Notes under the pieces: model-generated | What the model was told of the DNA's origin: nothing | What the model saw: only the letters and a program-made list of their open reading frames with translations | Database searches by the model: none | In this document: positions 29,435-32,000 of the stretch, piece after piece | Layout: every line of letters begins with the position of its first letter | Position numbering within the stretch: position 1 is the first letter of the stretch | Translations under genes and position numbers: made by a program | Origin: Crocosphaera subtropica ATCC 51142 | GTDB lineage: Bacteria; Cyanobacteriota; Cyanobacteriia; Cyanobacteriales; Microcystaceae | Assembly (NCBI RefSeq): GCF_000017845.1 | Contig: NC_010546.1 | Span: 1,500,001 to 1,532,000, forward strand | Reading direction: 5' to 3' | DNA: 32,000 bases

Positions 29435-29875
29435 ATGATAAGAGGAAATACCACTCGAATGCTACTGGTAGAAGACGACCCTAATGATATCGAATTAATT
29501 CAATTAGCTCTAGAAAATTATCACTTTGTCAATCAAATCGATATTGTAGAAGACGGAGAACAAGCCCTAGAATACTTATTTGGCCAAGGAGATGAGCAGC
29601 CAAGACGACAATTACCAAGATTAATTTTATTAGATTTAAAATTACCTAAAATTAATGGAATTCAGGTTTTAGAAGCAATTCGCCGTGATCCCCGTACCAA
29701 AAATATAGTGGTTGTGGTGATGACCTCATCGGCAGAAGACAGCGACTTACAAGCTTGTTATAATCTAGGAGTTAATAGTTACATTACAAAACCCTTTGAC
29801 TTTCAACAATTCATAGAAATCGCCAGACAAGTCGGTTTTTATTGGATGATGTTAAATCAACCTCCTCTCGAATAG
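29435..29875 (+). CDS. Single-domain CheY-like response regulator
   Basis: It has MLLVEDDPND, LILLDLKLPKINGI, VVVMTSS and YITKPF. Confidence 0.9.
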   Translation: MIRGNTTRMLLVEDDPNDIELIQLALENYHFVNQIDIVEDGEQALEYLFGQGDEQPRRQLPRLILLDLKLPKINGIQVLEAIRRDPRTKNIVVVVMTSSAEDSDLQACYNLGVNSYITKPFDFQQFIEIARQVGFYWMMLNQPPLE

Positions 29876-30118
29876 TCTGTCTTCGTTGTCAAGTCACCCC
29901 CTTTAAAAAGGGATAACAGAGGACGGATCACAAAAAAAATGATTCCTTAAAAATCATTTGCGATCACTATATAATCTAATAATTGATAGGACGATAAATG
30001 ATTCTTCTCAACAAGAATCAGTCAATTCCTATGCTAATGTTCCTGTTCTTTAACTGTTCAAAAGCTTGACTTTTCATTGCAATTGCCTTAAACCCTAATA
30101 CAAAGAGAGTGAGCGTTT

Positions 30119-32000
30119 ATGTCTTCAGACTCCTTTAACTCAACATTATCTAACGGTGAAGTTAATCCCCCTATTAATATATTATTGGTTGAAGATGTGG
30201 CCGAAGATGTAGAGTTAATTCTTCTCTCCCTTGATAACGCTGATCTCAAATTTACTTACGATGTTGCTGAAACTGTCACCATCTATGAAGAAAAACTACA
30301 ACATAACACCTATGATGCGGTACTAGCCGATTATCGCCTTCCTGGATTTAATGGCTTAGAAGCCCTAGCAATTCTACAACAATCAGGGCAAAAAATCCCC
30401 TTTATCCTCGTTACAGGAAGCTTAGGGGAAGAGGCAGCCGTCGAATGTATCAAAGCAGGGATTACAGATTATCTTCTCAAAGATCGTCTATTTCGCTTAC
30501 CGAATATTTTAAAGCGATCGCTGGAGGAATTTGCCTTGCGTCGGCAACAACAACAGGCTACCCTTGAACGACAAAAAGCAGAAACAGCCCTGAGAGAAAG
30601 TGAACAACGGTTTCGGGCCTTGATCGAAAATGCCATCGATATTATCCTTATTGTCTCTTCAGAAGGAAACTTGACTTATCTGAGTCCCTCAGTCAAACGA
30701 ATCTTAGGTTATGATCCCGTCAGTTTAATGGGTCAAGGTTTTTGGGATTTGATTCATCCCGACGATCAAGAGGCTGTCAAACTGGTTTTTGATAGGATTA
30801 AAGGCAAAGCCAATCAATCTACTGCTATATCCGAGTTTCGGGTTCAGACTGATGATAACCGTTGGATAATTTTAGAGGCGATCGCCAAAAACTTAGAGAA
30901 TGATCCCACAGTGGCAGGATTTGTTATTAATTGCCACGATATTACCGAACGTCATTACACAGCCCAACAGCTAAGATATGATGCTTATCACGATAAATTG
31001 ACCGGTTTAGCTAATCGTTCGGCCTTACTAGAACAATTAAAACAAGCCATTACTCGAAACCAACGACGCAGAGAAGATCATTTTGCGCTTCTTTTTCTTG
31101 ATTTAGATCGCTTTAAAGTCATCAACGATAGTTTAGGCCATTTAATGGGAGATGAACTCCTGAAAAACACAGCCCAACGCCTTGAACACTGTCATCGAGA
31201 AGGGGACTTATTGGCAAGATTTGGAGGCGATGAATTTGTTTTTTTATTAAGAGATATTCAACAACCCCAAGAGGCTATTATCGTTGCCCAACGTATTCAT
31301 GAAGTTCTCAAAGCCCCTTTTACCCTCAATAATCGAGAAATTTTTATTTCTGCGAGTATTGGCATTACGATTAGTACGGATCGTTACGATCATCCTGAAC
31401 AAATATTGAGAGATGCGGATGCAGCCATGTATCGGGCTAAGGCAAAAGGAAAAGCTTGTCATGAAATTTTTGCCCCAACAATGCACCTATCAGCCCTCAA
31501 AGAATTACATTTAGAAAGTGATCTCAGACAAGCCATACAACGAAAAGAATTAGTCGTTTATTATCAACCAATTTTTCGTCTAGATACTCAACAAATTATT
31601 GGGGCTGAAGCCTTAGTTCGTTGGCATCCGCCAGGTAAATCGTTGATTCCCCCTAACGATTTTATTCCCATAGCCGAAGAAACCGGCTTAATTATTGATA
31701 TTGATCGTTGGGTTCTTCAATGTGCTTGTCAACAACTGCATCAATGGCAAAAAGAGTTTAAAGATTTAGCCCCCCATTTTATTAGTGTCAATCTTTCTCC
31801 AAAACAGTTTTCTGACCCTTATCTAACAAATACAATTACTGAAATTATCTCCGCAACGGAACTCCCTAAAGAATATTTGAAACTAGAAATTACAGAAACA
31901 GTGTTTTTAAAAAATTCTAATACTGTTTTAGAAATTTTATCTCAATTGCAACAATTAAATATTCAAATCTGTCTCGATGATTTTGGAACTGGTTATTCTT
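30119..32000 (+). CDS. REC-PAS-GGDEF-EAL signalling protein (partial; continues past the window end)
   Basis: Hand translation from the ATG at 30119 gives ILLVEDVAEDVEL..AVLADYRLPGFNG (REC) and ESEQRFRALIENA (PAS). It continues with REGDLLARFGGDEF (RxxD I-site plus GGDEF), GAEALVRW and CLDDFGTGYS (EAL). The frame was checked at three points. It is not in the ORF track because there is no stop codon in the window. Confidence 0.88.
   Translation, partial: MSSDSFNSTLSNGEVNPPINILLVEDVAEDVELILLSLDNADLKFTYDVAETVTIYEEKLQHNTYDAVLADYRLPGFNGLEALAILQQSGQKIPFILVTGSLGEEAAVECIKAGITDYLLKDRLFRLPNILKRSLEEFALRRQQQQATLERQKAETALRESEQRFRALIENAIDIILIVSSEGNLTYLSPSVKRILGYDPVSLMGQGFWDLIHPDDQEAVKLVFDRIKGKANQSTAISEFRVQTDDNRWIILEAIAKNLENDPTVAGFVINCHDITERHYTAQQLRYDAYHDKLTGLANRSALLEQLKQAITRNQRRREDHFALLFLDLDRFKVINDSLGHLMGDELLKNTAQRLEHCHREGDLLARFGGDEFVFLLRDIQQPQEAIIVAQRIHEVLKAPFTLNNREIFISASIGITISTDRYDHPEQILRDADAAMYRAKAKGKACHEIFAPTMHLSALKELHLESDLRQAIQRKELVVYYQPIFRLDTQQIIGAEALVRWHPPGKSLIPPNDFIPIAEETGLIIDIDRWVLQCACQQLHQWQKEFKDLAPHFISVNLSPKQFSDPYLTNTITEIISATELPKEYLKLEITETVFLKNSNTVLEILSQLQQLNIQICLDDFGTGYS

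Noticed and set aside
29897-29913. Hairpin ccctttaaaaaggg after the response-regulator gene, as a possible terminator
   Set aside because: The stem is only 5-6 bp and AT-rich, the loop is tiny, and no U-tract follows. It is not convincing.

Overview
AT-rich cyanobacterial chromosome segment. I count 13 copies of the HIP1 octamer GCGATCGC, and STRR-like heptamer repeats are present. It looks like a Cyanothece/Crocosphaera-type unicellular genome, but that placement is inference only. No rRNA, tRNA, CRISPR array, transposase or integrase is visible.

Four blocks:

(1) 1-9800 and 13750-15530: a dense zinc-starvation (Zur-type) island. Seven 7-1-7 palindromes resembling TGATAATNATTATCA sit in four promoter regions. 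They precede a partial COG0523 GTPase, an Asp-rich (Zn-independent type) hemB, and a six-gene operon. That operon runs thrS paralog without TGS domain, CxCC-less COG0523 relative, Cys-substituted metallophosphoesterase, degenerate pseudo-metallophosphoesterase, then two tandem COG0523 genes. The boxes also precede a divergent FAD oxidoreductase (followed by a secreted OB-fold protein) and a folE plus His-rich COG0523 pair. The three atypical genes inside the thrS operon are my best candidate for an undescribed zinc-limitation module.

(2) 10067-13607: an orphan protein (cNMP-binding domain, catalytically dead sigma54-type AAA+ domain, NapH-like polytopic 4Fe-4S membrane domain) flanked by inverted dispersed repeats, plus an alpha/beta hydrolase.

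(3) 15593-21973: an N-type (Na+-type) ATPase operon, atpD-C-Q-R-B-E-F-A. It has three anomalies: a hicBA toxin-antitoxin cassette wedged between atpF and atpA, a G-run repeat element between atpQ and atpR, and no atpG after atpA.

(4) 22363-32000: a short SLH-domain protein, pyrE, three translationally coupled small genes behind an AT-rich region carrying an ACAACC/GGTTGT motif array, a large multi-PAS/GAF histidine kinase, a single-domain response regulator, and a partial REC-PAS-GGDEF-EAL protein.

All functional calls come from reading motifs in the supplied translations and my own hand translations. No database searches were run.
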